In this document: positions 1 to 10,314 of the stretch, in pieces
Position numbering within the stretch: position 1 is the first letter of the stretch
Layout: the number at the start of each line of letters is the position of its first letter
Source of the DNA: an archaeon
GTDB lineage: Archaea > Nanobdellota > Nanobdellia > Pacearchaeales > DTIR01
Length of the DNA: 64,000 bases
NCBI GenBank assembly: GCA_043799715.1
Contig: JAZDNM010000005.1
Coordinates: 4,859 to 68,858 of the forward strand
Direction: 5' to 3'
The notes under the pieces: generated by a model
Database searches by the model: none
What the model saw: the letters and a program-made list of their open reading frames with translations, nothing else
Told to the model about the DNA's origin: nothing
Translations under genes and position numbers: made by a program

Positions 1-2
1 AT

Positions 3-2198
3 TTGCTTATTCCATTCGGAGATTTCGCAAACAGAAATCATCCTCTTCTGCCGGCTGGCTATGTTGAGGAATACTGGTTTGCAGAACTTGAGGAAAAAAA
101 CAAGGAAGCAGCGGAAAAAATCAACTGCAGAAATGTAAGCCTGGCTGAGGCATTTGAGATAAGCAGAACTTATGGTATTGCGCTTCATCCATCTTACATT
201 TTTTATTGGTCGCAGATTACAAATGAAAATTTTTCTGATTTGCTGAAATTGCTTGAGAAATCAAGGGTTGAAGGGGGAAAAATTATTCTTCCAATGAATG
301 ATTCTGCAAAAAGGGCGCTTGAGATACTTGCTGTCCCTCATTTTTTAAGCATAGAGAATATTATAATTGAGCCGCCGCATGCAGCAAGCCTGCTGTCAAA
401 TCTTGGAATGGAAGATTTGGCTCTAAACAAAGAAAAGATCTCAGTGATGATATCTGAATCATTAAAGCCAGAGCAGAAGGTTCTGGATATAATAAACAAA
501 TTTTCCTCTTTTGTGATAAGGGATAAGGCAGGAACTTTTATAGGCGCAAGAATGGGCAGGCCTGAAAAGGCAAAGTTAAGGGAGTTGACAGGCTCCCCTC
601 ATGTGCTGTTTCCTGTAGGCGAAGCAGGAGGGAGATTAAGGAGTGTGCAGGAGGCGTCTGAAACAAGCGTCAAGGCTGATTTTCCCCTCTACCACTGCGA
701 CAATTGCAATTCAGAAACAATCTCCTTTGTGTGTGAGGTTTGCGGGAAACAAACAAGGAAAGTTTACTACTGCCGCAGCTGTGATCTAAAGCTTAATACT
801 GAATTCTGCCCTACGCACGGAGCAGCAGACGATTTCATGACGAGAAAACTGAACATAAAGCATCATCTGGAATATGCATTGAAAAAACTTAATATCCAGC
901 GCAGTGAACTGCCTGCTTTGATAAAAGGAGTCAGAGGTACATCCTCTGAATCCCATGTTCCTGAGGCAATTGCAAAAGGCGTCCTGAGGGCAATGTTCAA
1001 CCTTAATGTAAACAAGGACGGCACAATAAGGTATGATGCATCTGAAGCCCCTGTAACGCATTTCAAGCCAAAAGAAGCTCATGTCAGCGTCGGCAAGCTG
1101 AGGGAAATCGGGTACACCAAGGACATTTTAGGGAAAGAGTTGGAGAATGAAGAGCAAATTCTTGAAATTAAGCCTCATGATGTACTTCTGCCTTGCGCGC
1201 CAGACAGCCTTGATGAGAAAGCTGATGATGTTTTTATGAGGATATGCAAGTTTATTGACAATCTTCTTGTGAGGATGTATGGGATGAAGCCGTTCTACAA
1301 TATTGTGCACAAGGAGGATTTAGTCGGCAAGCTGACTGTGGGCATTGCTCCGCATAATTGTGCCGGGGTTATATGCCGAATTGCAGGATTCAGCAATACT
1401 CAATCTTTCCTTGCATCGCCTTACATCCATGCTGCAATGAGGAGAGATTGCGATGGGGATGAGGCATCATTAAGTCTGCTGCTTGATGTCCTTTTGAACT
1501 TCTCCCGGGATTATCTGCCTGCCCACAGAGGCGGAACACAGGATGCTCCGTTAGTCCTTAATGCAAGGATAAGACCTGGGGAGGTTGATGATATGATCTT
1601 TGACATTGACATAGCGGATAAAATTCCTATTGAGCTTTATAGGGCAGCTGAAAAGCGGCTTATGCCTAACAGTGTAAAAATGCCCCAGATAAGGGATAAA
1701 ATCGGCAGCGATGAAGCATTCCAGAACTTGCATTATACCCATGAGACTTCTGATATTGCTTCAGGAACAACATGCTCTGCTTACAAAAAACTTGCAACAA
1801 TGCAGGAAAAAGTCCAGAAGCAGATGGAGCTTGTTGAAAAAATCAGGGCTGTTGACACTTCTGATGTCGCGACTCTCATGATACAAAGGCATTTGATAAG
1901 GGACATAAGAGGCAACTTAAGAAAATTCTCAATGCAGCAGTTCAGATGTGTGAAATGCAACGAGAAATACAGGCGCCCTTCCTTGCAGGGAAACTGCACA
2001 AAATGTGGCGGAAGGATAATCTTTACAATCTCTGAAGGCGGCATAATAAAATATCTTGAGCCTGCGCTTCAGCTTGCCAAAAAATACAATGTGCCGGATT
2101 ACGTAAAGCAGTCTCTTGACTTGACACAGAGATATATAGAGAGCATGTTTGGAAAAGAAACAGAAAAGCAGGAAGCACTGCAGAAGTGGTTCGGATAA
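3..2198 (+). CDS. DNA polymerase II (PolD) large subunit DP2, C-terminal part. The gene is cut by the window start.
   Basis: The frame is open from base 3, and the tracker start is TTG rather than a real start. The protein is long, with clustered CxxC zinc-finger motifs (CDNCNSE..CEVCGK, CRSCD, CVKCNE..CTKCGG) and blocks such as GRPEKAK and MRRDCDGDE that are typical of archaeal DP2. Confidence 0.85.
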   Translation: MLIPFGDFANRNHPLLPAGYVEEYWFAELEEKNKEAAEKINCRNVSLAEAFEISRTYGIALHPSYIFYWSQITNENFSDLLKLLEKSRVEGGKIILPMNDSAKRALEILAVPHFLSIENIIIEPPHAASLLSNLGMEDLALNKEKISVMISESLKPEQKVLDIINKFSSFVIRDKAGTFIGARMGRPEKAKLRELTGSPHVLFPVGEAGGRLRSVQEASETSVKADFPLYHCDNCNSETISFVCEVCGKQTRKVYYCRSCDLKLNTEFCPTHGAADDFMTRKLNIKHHLEYALKKLNIQRSELPALIKGVRGTSSESHVPEAIAKGVLRAMFNLNVNKDGTIRYDASEAPVTHFKPKEAHVSVGKLREIGYTKDILGKELENEEQILEIKPHDVLLPCAPDSLDEKADDVFMRICKFIDNLLVRMYGMKPFYNIVHKEDLVGKLTVGIAPHNCAGVICRIAGFSNTQSFLASPYIHAAMRRDCDGDEASLSLLLDVLLNFSRDYLPAHRGGTQDAPLVLNARIRPGEVDDMIFDIDIADKIPIELYRAAEKRLMPNSVKMPQIRDKIGSDEAFQNLHYTHETSDIASGTTCSAYKKLATMQEKVQKQMELVEKIRAVDTSDVATLMIQRHLIRDIRGNLRKFSMQQFRCVKCNEKYRRPSLQGNCTKCGGRIIFTISEGGIIKYLEPALQLAKKYNVPDYVKQSLDLTQRYIESMFGKETEKQEALQKWFG

Positions 2199-2207
2199 TT
2201 TTATTGT

Positions 2208-3404
2208 TTAGAGAAAATACAGGATAACAGGCAGCATGATGCATCCCATCAAGTGCATTTTTCTCACATTCGCCTTTATTGCAAAAATTCCAAGTGAAGT
2301 GGCTGTTACAAGGATAATTATCCCAAGCCAGCCTGAAAAAATAATGCACATAACAAAAAGAAATAGCAGCAGCGCAATTGAAATTTTTGCATAATCAATC
2401 CGATTTATATTTTTCGCAAAAATTTTTGCCGCATGCAACGATATAACCAGGGCTATGCCCCCTGAAACAACTGCAACAGCAAGAAGCAGATACAATTGTT
2501 GCATGCTGACTGACTGGAGAATGTCTGCAGCTGCAATTGCAACACCGCTTCGCGGCTTTCCTATGGCATAAATTGCGACAAAATTTAATCCAGTGACAAG
2601 CGTGCTTATAATCCCCAGAAGAAAAAGAAAGCATTTCTCAGAGGTTTTGCCGCATATTTCAGAGCCAATTACAGCAGCCTGGCTTGCGCCAAGCCCTGGG
2701 AGAAAACTGCATAACCCTGAAGCAATGAGCCCTGCAGATACTGCCTTTGGAATTTCCCCTTTTTCTGTTCTTAATTCCTGCATTTCCTGCTTTGGAATTT
2801 TTGCCTTCTCAGATATGCTTGTTACAATCATGCTTGTCCCAAAAAGCCCGGTCAATAATGGGAATAACGGCTGGTTTAAATTCAAATTTAATGATGCGAA
2901 TCCCAAAACTCCTGAGATAATAAATATGAACAGTGCGAGAATTTTATTTTTCTCATTTACCATAAGATACAGGGATGATACGATAAGAATAACTGCCATA
3001 AACCTCTTTATGAAGTCATACACCAAAGGCATAATGTAAAGGAATAAAGGCGCAGTGAGAATAAGGATTATTAGTCCTGCATAACAGCCGATTAATGCAA
3101 GCCTTGCTGCTGCATATCCTTTTCCTTTCAAAAGCAGATTGTGCCCTGGCATGACAGAGAGGGCTGTCTCAGAGTTTGGCGCTGACAGGAAAATAGAAGG
3201 GATAAAATCAAAAAAAGAGTGTGTTACAGCCATCGCAATGATAAAAGAAGCAATTGCAATCGCGCTGAAATGCTCCAGCAGAATTCCTGCTGATGAGGAG
3301 ATTATCAGCGCGACAAAATTTATATGGATTCCAGGAACAAGGCCTGTGAAAATTCCTGCGATTATCCCAAGCATTAATGCCAGAACAACCAATACAAAAA
3401 TCAT
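2208..3404 (-). CDS. TctA/DUF112-family polytopic membrane protein
   Basis: 398 aa and highly hydrophobic. Repeated G-x-x-PG motifs (GLVPGIH, FLPGLGASQAAVIGS) are characteristic of TctA-like permeases. Its start overlaps the stop of the upstream OB-fold gene (ATGA). Confidence 0.55.
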   Translation of the reverse strand: MIFVLVVLALMLGIIAGIFTGLVPGIHINFVALIISSSAGILLEHFSAIAIASFIIAMAVTHSFFDFIPSIFLSAPNSETALSVMPGHNLLLKGKGYAAARLALIGCYAGLIILILTAPLFLYIMPLVYDFIKRFMAVILIVSSLYLMVNEKNKILALFIFIISGVLGFASLNLNLNQPLFPLLTGLFGTSMIVTSISEKAKIPKQEMQELRTEKGEIPKAVSAGLIASGLCSFLPGLGASQAAVIGSEICGKTSEKCFLFLLGIISTLVTGLNFVAIYAIGKPRSGVAIAAADILQSVSMQQLYLLLAVAVVSGGIALVISLHAAKIFAKNINRIDYAKISIALLLFLFVMCIIFSGWLGIIILVTATSLGIFAIKANVRKMHLMGCIMLPVILYFL

Positions 3405-3739
3405 TTTTCAGAGATTTTCAGGGCTTCTATTTCCAACTGCCCTTTGTATTCTTTTACTCTCCCTAAAATTTCAACATTCTTGCCCAGGAATGTCTGATTT
3501 TTATCAATTCCATAAGCAATGACATCGATGCTGCCTGTTTCATCTTCTGCATTCAGGATTGCCATTCCGCTGTAAAACCTTTCGGATGCAATCTGGCATT
3601 CAATCTTTACATCCTGCCCAAGCATGCTGCTGCCAATGCCTGAAATTTTTGTCAGTTTTGGCTCTATGTTTCCTGAAAGAAAAAATAAAAATGCAGTTCC
3701 TACAAGGGATATGATTAAAGCAATCTTTGTCAGGGACAT
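3401..3739 (-). CDS. Membrane-anchored OB-fold (tRNA_anti-like) protein
   Basis: An N-terminal TM helix is followed by an OB-fold-like segment (VKIECQI..., GSIDVIAYG..., EILGRVKEYKGQLEIE). Confidence 0.45.
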   Translation of the reverse strand: MSLTKIALIISLVGTAFLFFLSGNIEPKLTKISGIGSSMLGQDVKIECQIASERFYSGMAILNAEDETGSIDVIAYGIDKNQTFLGKNVEILGRVKEYKGQLEIEALKISEK

Positions 3740-3751
3740 AATTCAGCTAGA

Positions 3752-4177
3752 TTACTCACCTTTTTTTTTCAATCCAAATTTGACTTCAATTCTCCACAGT
3801 TCAAGAATGCCGAGGGTTATAATTGTGGTTGCTGCAGCAGCAACGTAAAAATGAAGCGCTGTTGCCATGCCTATAGCGGCGGCTATCCATATTGAAGCTG
3901 CTGTTGTAAGCCCATGAACTTCTCCTCTTGCAGCTATCACTGTTCCTGCACCTATAAAACCAGCTGCAACGATTATATTCGCAACAATCCTCGCAGGACT
4001 TGATGCATCAAAGGAAAATCCTTCTATGCTTAGTATTGTTATCAGCGCTGCACCGAGACAGATAAGCATATGCGTTCTTAATCCTGCAAACTGCCTTAAC
4101 CTCTGCCTCTCAAATCCGATAGTCCCCCCAAAAAGTGCAGCAAGAACCAAATCAATAATAACACCCCAAGTTTGCAT
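3752..4177 (-). CDS. MgtC/SapB family membrane protein
   Basis: GGTIGFERQ...AGLRTHMLICLGAAL signature near the N-terminus, with four or five TM helices. Confidence 0.75.
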   Translation of the reverse strand: MQTWGVIIDLVLAALFGGTIGFERQRLRQFAGLRTHMLICLGAALITILSIEGFSFDASSPARIVANIIVAAGFIGAGTVIAARGEVHGLTTAASIWIAAAIGMATALHFYVAAAATTIITLGILELWRIEVKFGLKKKGE

Positions 4178-4226
4178 TTATTGAAATGTATTTTTCTTTT
4201 TTATACTTTTCTGTTGCCTTTATAGA

Positions 4227-4238
4227 AAAGTTTAAGTA
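4227..4238 (+). promoter_or_regulatory. TATA-like box for tyrS (leaderless spacing)
   Basis: AAAGTTTAAGTA is centred about 27 nt upstream of the ATG at 4260. Confidence 0.45.
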
Positions 4239-4259
4239 AGCATCCCTTTTTGGTAAATC

Positions 4260-5276
4260 ATGAATTCAGAAGAAAGGCTGAATTTGGTAAAAAGAAACGC
4301 TGTTGAGATAATCACAGTTGAATCTCTTGAAAATCTTCTTAGGACAAAGAGAAAAATAACTGCATATTACGGCACTGCACCGACAGGCCCAGTCCATATT
4401 GGGCATCTTGCAACTCTGACAAAAATTTTTGATTTTTCAGAAGCAGGAATATTCAACAAGATACTTATAGCAGACTTGCACGCAGCGCTTGATGATTTAA
4501 AGAGCCCATGGAGCGAGATTAACAAGAGGGCGGAATACTACAAAAAATGCATAGAACTTGCATTGCCTTGGCGCAGAAAGCCAAAGGTAATTCTCGGCTC
4601 TGACTTTCAGCTGCGCTATGATTACATGCTTGATGTGCTTAAGCTTTCCTCACTGACAACAGTTTCAAGGGCAAAGCGCGCAGCATCAGAAGTCTGCAGG
4701 ATGAAAGAGCCGAAGGTAAGTGAGATGATATATCCCCTGTTGCAGGCATTGGATGAACAGTATCTTGATGCGGATATCCAGCTTGGGGGCATGGACCAGA
4801 GGCATATAATGGTGTATGCAAGGGAGTATCTGCCTAAAGTGGATTATAATGCACGAGTTGAGATAATCATGCCGCTTATCACTTCATTAAAAGGCCCCGG
4901 AGTAAAAATGTCATCATCACTTCCTGAAACCCATATCAAGGTTTATGATTCAGAGGACAGCATAAAAGAAAAGATAAGGAACGCCTACTGCCCAGCAGGA
5001 ATTGTTAAAGATAATCCCTTGCTTCAGATATGCCAGACAGTTATTTTCCCGCTGAACAAGAGGATAAATGTTGAAAGGGATTCTAAATTTGGGGGGGATA
5101 TCTCATTTGATTCATATCCCGCTCTTGAAAAACAGTTCACAGAAAACAAATTGCATCCTCTTGATTTAAAAAATGCAGTCAGTTCAGATTTAATAAAGAC
5201 TTTCTCAAGGGCAAGGAAATATTTTGAGAAGAATTCTGGAATGCTGGAAAATCTTGGCAGCAATTTCCTGCCATGA
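4260..5276 (+). CDS. tyrS: Tyrosine--tRNA ligase (archaeal type)
   Basis: HIGH-type motif (PVHIGH), KMSSS loop, and a C-terminal block (AYCPAGIVKDNPLLQI...KFGGDISFDSY..LHPLDLKNAV) that closely parallels the remembered M. jannaschii TyrRS sequence. Confidence 0.9.
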   Translation: MNSEERLNLVKRNAVEIITVESLENLLRTKRKITAYYGTAPTGPVHIGHLATLTKIFDFSEAGIFNKILIADLHAALDDLKSPWSEINKRAEYYKKCIELALPWRRKPKVILGSDFQLRYDYMLDVLKLSSLTTVSRAKRAASEVCRMKEPKVSEMIYPLLQALDEQYLDADIQLGGMDQRHIMVYAREYLPKVDYNARVEIIMPLITSLKGPGVKMSSSLPETHIKVYDSEDSIKEKIRNAYCPAGIVKDNPLLQICQTVIFPLNKRINVERDSKFGGDISFDSYPALEKQFTENKLHPLDLKNAVSSDLIKTFSRARKYFEKNSGMLENLGSNFLP

Positions 5277-5286
5277 TTGTTAAAAA

Positions 5287-5721
5287 CTAACCTTTAAACT
5301 GGCTTAAGTCTATTTTTGGGTTATCAACAGGTTTTGATAATTCTTTTCTCCATTTCCCTATCAGGTCAAAAGCATTATTCTCGGCAAATTTCAGCTCATC
5401 CCTGAGATACGCAAGAATCTCATGCTCCTGCTTCTCCCCTGCCTTAAACTTTTTCTCCAATTCCTCTATTGTCATAAGCACTTTTGGCTCCTCTTTCTTT
5501 TTCTGCCACTCTGTTTTCTCCCCGCATTCAGGGCAGTATTTCTCAATGCCTTCGAGCTCCTTTCCGCATTTTTTGCACTGGGGAATTTCTTTTTTTCTTT
5601 CAAGCACAGCCTTGTATCCATACTTGCCGCCTGAAACCAGTTTGGAAAATGCAGAAGCAACAGCTTCAGAATCAAACTGGTCTGTCAAATCCCAGCATCC
5701 GCCACCTGTTTTTTTAGTCAT
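5287..5721 (-). CDS. Zinc-ribbon domain protein, function unknown
   Basis: CKKCGKELEGIEKYCPECGEK zinc ribbon followed by a charged helical tail. Confidence 0.45.
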   Translation of the reverse strand: MTKKTGGGCWDLTDQFDSEAVASAFSKLVSGGKYGYKAVLERKKEIPQCKKCGKELEGIEKYCPECGEKTEWQKKKEEPKVLMTIEELEKKFKAGEKQEHEILAYLRDELKFAENNAFDLIGKWRKELSKPVDNPKIDLSQFKG

Positions 5722-5791
5722 CTTTTTTACAAAGGGGTTATATTTTAAAATCTTTTTATTCTTTTGCCTTTTTTAGAGAGGATTTGATAAG

Positions 5792-5801
5792 CTTTAAAAA
5801 T
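5792..5801 (+). promoter_or_regulatory. TATA-like box for uppS
   Basis: CTTTAAAAAT is centred about 25 nt upstream of the ATG at 5822. Confidence 0.45.
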
Positions 5802-5821
5802 CATGTATAAGTAGTGTTGAA

Positions 5822-6547
5822 ATGGCTGAGGATAGACAGGAAACCAAGATGAAAGTGCCGCGGCATCTAGGGATTATCCCTGACGGAAACAGAAGATGGG
5901 CAAAATCAAGAGGGCTGCCTGCATTCAAAGGGCATGAGGCTGGAGCAAAGATATTTAGGGAGATACTAAGATGGTGCGAGGAACTCAAAATAAGAATGCT
6001 CACAATATACAGCTTATCAACTGACAATCTATTAAGACCTAAAGAAGAAGTTGATTTTTTAATGAAACTTTTTGAGCGAGAGCTTAAGGGATTACTTAAG
6101 GATAAGGAAGTTCATGAAAAGAAGGTTAGGGTGAGGGTAATAGGCAATAAAGAATTGCTTAGCAAAAAGCTTCAGGGGATTATAGAACAGCTGGAAACTG
6201 CAACCAAGGAATATTCGGAGTATTTCTTAAATTTTGCAATGGCATACGGCGGCAGGCAGGAAATACTGCATGCGGCAAAAAAAATTTCCCAGCTTGTAAA
6301 AGATGGAAAATTAAATATTGAGGCAATTGATGAAAGGAAATTCTCTGAAAACTTGTATGCAGAACTGCCAGATGTTGATTTGCTGATAAGAACCTCTGAA
6401 CAAAGGCTGAGTGGATTCCTGCCATGGCAGTCAGTATACTCCGAGATTGTATTCTTGAAGGATAAAATGTTTCCCGAGCTGACAAAAGAGGATTTCGTCA
6501 AGGTGATAAAAGAGTATGGAATCAGGGAGAGACGATTCGGGAAATAA
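5822..6547 (+). CDS. uppS: cis-Prenyltransferase (undecaprenyl / di-trans,poly-cis-polyprenyl diphosphate synthase)
   Basis: HLGIIPDGNRRWA N-terminal motif, IRTSEQRLSGFLPWQ, and an RRFG C-terminus. Confidence 0.9.
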   Translation: MAEDRQETKMKVPRHLGIIPDGNRRWAKSRGLPAFKGHEAGAKIFREILRWCEELKIRMLTIYSLSTDNLLRPKEEVDFLMKLFERELKGLLKDKEVHEKKVRVRVIGNKELLSKKLQGIIEQLETATKEYSEYFLNFAMAYGGRQEILHAAKKISQLVKDGKLNIEAIDERKFSENLYAELPDVDLLIRTSEQRLSGFLPWQSVYSEIVFLKDKMFPELTKEDFVKVIKEYGIRERRFGK

Positions 6548-6551
6548 AAAA

Positions 6552-7751
6552 ATGAAGCCGGAATTTTACAGGACAAAACTAAAGAATGGCATGACAATCC
6601 TTTTTGAAAAAAGAAATCTGCCTATTGTAAGCGTGGCTTTTGCTGTCAGGGCAGGAGGTGTGAATGAAATAGGAGAAGAGAAAGGAATTTCACATTTTAT
6701 AGAGCATATGCTGTATAAAGGCACTCCATCGAGAAATGCGCAGAAAATAGCATCTGAAATTGAAAGGAACGGGGGAATTCTAAACGGATTCACATCAGAA
6801 ACCGCAACTGCATTCTGGTGCAAGCTTCCTTCAAAGCAGGTCAATACTGCCTTGAATGTTTTGAGTGATATGGTAAAAAATCCCTTGTTTGAGAAAAAAG
6901 AGCTTGAAAAAGAAAGGAAAGTAATTTTTGAGGAGATTAAAATGAGAAAGGACAGTCCAAGATTGTATGTCTCTGACCAAATCCCCGGGCATTTGTATGA
7001 GCCTCCTTTAGCTATTCCCCTGATAGGCACTTATGCATCAATGAATTCGCTTGACAGGCAGATGCTTGTTGACAAATTCAAAAGGATATACTGCCCTGAG
7101 AATATGGTATTATGCGTTGTCGGGGATGCTGATTTTGGCAGCATAACTGAATTTGCAGAGCAGAATTTCGGGAATGAGAAAGGAACAATTCCCAAAATTC
7201 CAATAAAGCTGAAAAATGAGGAGATTATAGAAAAAAGGAAAAGCATAGACCAGGCAAATATGGCATTTGCCTGCCATGCGCCTTTGGCGCAGGACAAAAT
7301 GAGCTATGCGGCGGTTGTCCTCAATACGCTTATGGCTGGCGGGATGTCCTCAAGATTATTCTCTGAAATAAGGGAAAAAAGAAATCTCGCTTATGCTGTC
7401 AAAGGGGAAGCGGATATAACAAAAGATTTTGCCTACCATCTTATTTATGTCGGCGCAATGAAAGAGAATGTTGAAAAGATAAAATCTATAATCCTCAATG
7501 AGTTTGACAAGGCAGCATCGGATATCTCCGAAAAAGAGCTTAATGAAGTGAAAAATCAGATAATCGGAAACCACCAGATTTCAATGGAGGATTCATCCGA
7601 GCAGATGGCTTCGCTGCTTTTGTACGAAGTGGATAATAACATAAGTGGATTCTATGATTTTGAAAAAAGAATCTCTGAAGTTAGGCTTGGAGATGTGCAA
7701 AAGCTTGCTAAAATAAAAAAATATACTTTCTTCGCACTTGTGCCTGACTGA
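6552..7751 (+). CDS. M16 (pitrilysin/insulinase-like) zinc peptidase
   Basis: HxxEH zinc motif (HFIEH) plus a downstream E in EIERNGG. The start was moved to ATG 6552, just after the uppS stop, instead of the overlapping 6516. Confidence 0.8.
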   Translation: MKPEFYRTKLKNGMTILFEKRNLPIVSVAFAVRAGGVNEIGEEKGISHFIEHMLYKGTPSRNAQKIASEIERNGGILNGFTSETATAFWCKLPSKQVNTALNVLSDMVKNPLFEKKELEKERKVIFEEIKMRKDSPRLYVSDQIPGHLYEPPLAIPLIGTYASMNSLDRQMLVDKFKRIYCPENMVLCVVGDADFGSITEFAEQNFGNEKGTIPKIPIKLKNEEIIEKRKSIDQANMAFACHAPLAQDKMSYAAVVLNTLMAGGMSSRLFSEIREKRNLAYAVKGEADITKDFAYHLIYVGAMKENVEKIKSIILNEFDKAASDISEKELNEVKNQIIGNHQISMEDSSEQMASLLLYEVDNNISGFYDFEKRISEVRLGDVQKLAKIKKYTFFALVPD

Positions 7752-7757
7752 TTCAAA

Positions 7758-8552
7758 ATGCAGATAATAAAAGTTCCTTTTATAAACGGATTGGGTAAGA
7801 CAAAAGGCTGTGAAAAAGCGCCTGAAGCAATAGTATCTGAACTTTCAGGCATTTACACCAACGAAAAGAACATTGTTTCTGAAATCAGCCGCCATAATGT
7901 AACAAAAATAAACATTAATCAAGAAAATCTCGATGAGTCTGAAAAAATGATTTATAACGAAAGCAGAAAAATATTTGCAAAAAATGATTTCAGCCTGTTT
8001 CTTGGGGGGGACCATTCAATATCCTATCCGCTCTGCAGGGCTTTTTCAGAGAGCTTCGCAAACCCTGGGATTGTAATTTTTGATGCACATGCAGACTGCG
8101 TGCATGATTTTTATCCCCCAACTCATGAGGACTGGCTTAGGACTCTTGTTTCAAAGGGCTTCAAGCCAGGCAATGTAATCCTTGCAGGATTGCGCAATGT
8201 TCACAGCATAGAGAAAGATTTCATATCGGCAAAAAAAATAAGGTGCTTCATGCAAAAAGATATTTTTGGCAATCTGCATGACATCTGCGATGCTATAATG
8301 GAGACAGCAAGAAAATTTGATGCTTTGTACCTCAGCATTGATATTGATGCTGTTGACCCTGCTTTTGCGCCTGCAGTGGCATATCCCGAACCAGCAGGGC
8401 TATCAAGCAGGGAGATTATTTACTTTATTCAGAGATTGAATATGCTGAAAAATCTCAGGGCAGCAGATATCTCAGAGGTTAATCCCCTGAAAGATTTCAA
8501 CAATATTACATCCAAACTTGCTGCGAAGATTACAGCAGAGCTGATAAGGTAG
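7758..8552 (+). CDS. speB: Agmatinase/arginase-family ureohydrolase
   Basis: GGDHSISYP, FDAHAD and SIDIDAVDP manganese-ligand motifs. Confidence 0.8.
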   Translation: MQIIKVPFINGLGKTKGCEKAPEAIVSELSGIYTNEKNIVSEISRHNVTKININQENLDESEKMIYNESRKIFAKNDFSLFLGGDHSISYPLCRAFSESFANPGIVIFDAHADCVHDFYPPTHEDWLRTLVSKGFKPGNVILAGLRNVHSIEKDFISAKKIRCFMQKDIFGNLHDICDAIMETARKFDALYLSIDIDAVDPAFAPAVAYPEPAGLSSREIIYFIQRLNMLKNLRAADISEVNPLKDFNNITSKLAAKITAELIR

Positions 8553-8563
8553 GCACAGAAAAA

Positions 8564-9097
8564 ATGAGATGTTTTGTTGCATTGGAAATATCTGATGAGG
8601 CCAGAGTAGAGCTTGTTAAGATTCAAAAATTTATTGCAGAAGCAGGCATGAAACTCGTCGAACAGCAAAATCTGCATATGACCCTTGCATTTTTAGGGGA
8701 GTTGACAGATGCGCATGCAGGCAGATGCAGGGAACTTCTTAAAAGCATAAAATCAGAAAAATTTTCAGCGCATCTTGGCTCTGCAGGAGTTTTTCCTTCT
8801 GAATATTACATAAGAGTTGCGTGGGTTGGCTTGGAGCCGGAAAAAGAGTTAAGAAAACTTCACAGCAAAATCCACAGCGCATTAAAAGGCACAGTTAATC
8901 TGGAAGACAGATTTGAGCCGCATATAACTTTAGCAAGAATAAAATCCCTGAAAGACAAGAAACAGTTTATTGAGAAATTAAAAAATCTGAACTTCAGAAA
9001 AATTGAATTTGAAGTAAGCAGTTTTTCCCTGAAAAAATCAACCTTAACAAGCAAATGCCATGTTTATGAAGACATTGAAAGGATAGAACTTCATTGA
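8564..9097 (+). CDS. thpR: RNA 2',3'-cyclic phosphodiesterase (2H phosphoesterase, LigT/ThpR)
   Basis: Two HxT/S motifs (HMTLAF and HITLAR) at the expected spacing. Confidence 0.8.
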   Translation: MRCFVALEISDEARVELVKIQKFIAEAGMKLVEQQNLHMTLAFLGELTDAHAGRCRELLKSIKSEKFSAHLGSAGVFPSEYYIRVAWVGLEPEKELRKLHSKIHSALKGTVNLEDRFEPHITLARIKSLKDKKQFIEKLKNLNFRKIEFEVSSFSLKKSTLTSKCHVYEDIERIELH

Positions 9098-9101
9098 TTA
9101 A

Positions 9102-9746
9102 TCAAGAAATATATTTCCTGTCAGCCAGATCTTTTATTACTGATGCTTTTTTGCCAAGTTTTTTGATTTTCTCAAGCTCATGCAATTCTGCGTTTATCAC
9201 TGCATTGATTGTTCCAAATTTTTTTAAAAGCTCTTTTGCAATTGCAGGCCCGATTCCCGGAAACCCTTCCAGAATCATCTGCTGCTGCTCATTGACATTG
9301 ATTGCTTTTCTCTTGAGCTTTACGCTTTTGCCTGATTCTTTCTTGTCGCATCTTTTTGCTATAAGCACAAGGAACCGGGCAGTATCCTTGTAATCTTTTG
9401 TCATCAGAACAGGAATCTTTGATTTGAGGATTATTGACAAAATCATGCCCCTCACTGCATTGGCATGAATGCCGGAATTCGCAGAATCATTGTAAAGCTC
9501 CTGTTCATCAATCCCCTCTATAATAAGAATTCTGTTCTCGCACTGCTTCAGAGAATCTATCTGTCTAAAGAGCCTCCTGTTCAGCATGCTGCTTATGAAA
9601 TCGCTGACTGTTTTCCTTTCTATTGCAATATCATCAATGATATAATCCGCAACATCAAGTGATTTCAGTTCAACCTCTGCATTTTCTCCGATAAGCTCAG
9701 AAATAACAAGGCTGTTCTTCTCGTGCTTGTCTACGATTATCTTCAT
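9102..9746 (-). CDS. Short archaeal XPF/ERCC4-type structure-specific nuclease with a C-terminal (HhH)2 domain
   Basis: ERCC4 motif ADYII..IAIERKTVSDF, and a C-terminal GFPGIGPAIAKELLKKFG helix-hairpin-helix. Confidence 0.8.
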   Translation of the reverse strand: MKIIVDKHEKNSLVISELIGENAEVELKSLDVADYIIDDIAIERKTVSDFISSMLNRRLFRQIDSLKQCENRILIIEGIDEQELYNDSANSGIHANAVRGMILSIILKSKIPVLMTKDYKDTARFLVLIAKRCDKKESGKSVKLKRKAINVNEQQQMILEGFPGIGPAIAKELLKKFGTINAVINAELHELEKIKKLGKKASVIKDLADRKYIS

Positions 9747-9807
9747 TTTTTAGGGATATATGCTTGATTACATAAATCTTTTAAAATGTTTGTTTGCAAG
9801 CATTAGA

Positions 9808-10308
9808 ATGGCTGCTCCTGTTAAAAGACCTTCAAAAGATGAATACTACCTTGGCATTGCGGATAAAATTTCTGAGAGAAGCACTTGCCTAAGAAGGCGC
9901 TTCGGGGCGATAATCATAAAAGATGATTCCCCTGTTTCACAGGGTTATAATGGGGCTCCACGTGGAGTGAAAGACTGCCTGGAAGAAGGCTACTGCTTCA
10001 GAAAAGAAAAGAATATCCCCTCTGGGGAAAGATATGAACTCTGTAGAAGCGTTCATGCTGAAGATAATGCTATTATTAACGCAGCAAGATTGGGGACAAG
10101 TATCCTAAAGGGCACAATGTATATCCACGGCAGGGATGCTGATACTGGAAAATCATTCCCCGGAAAGCCCTGTGAGATGTGCAAAAGGAAGATAATTAAT
10201 TCCGGGCTTGAAAAAATAGTTTTTATTGACGAAAAGAATACAATAGTAAAAATGAGTGTTGAGGAACTGCTTAAAACTACTTTTAAGAACTTTAACACGA
10301 CTGACTGA
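9808..10308 (+). CDS. dCMP (deoxycytidylate) deaminase
   Basis: HAEDNAI and PCEMCKRKI zinc motifs. ATG 9808 is preferred over 9760 because a TTTTAAAA box lies about 26 nt upstream of it. Confidence 0.8.
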   Translation: MAAPVKRPSKDEYYLGIADKISERSTCLRRRFGAIIIKDDSPVSQGYNGAPRGVKDCLEEGYCFRKEKNIPSGERYELCRSVHAEDNAIINAARLGTSILKGTMYIHGRDADTGKSFPGKPCEMCKRKIINSGLEKIVFIDEKNTIVKMSVEELLKTTFKNFNTTD

Positions 10309-10314
10309 ATCAAT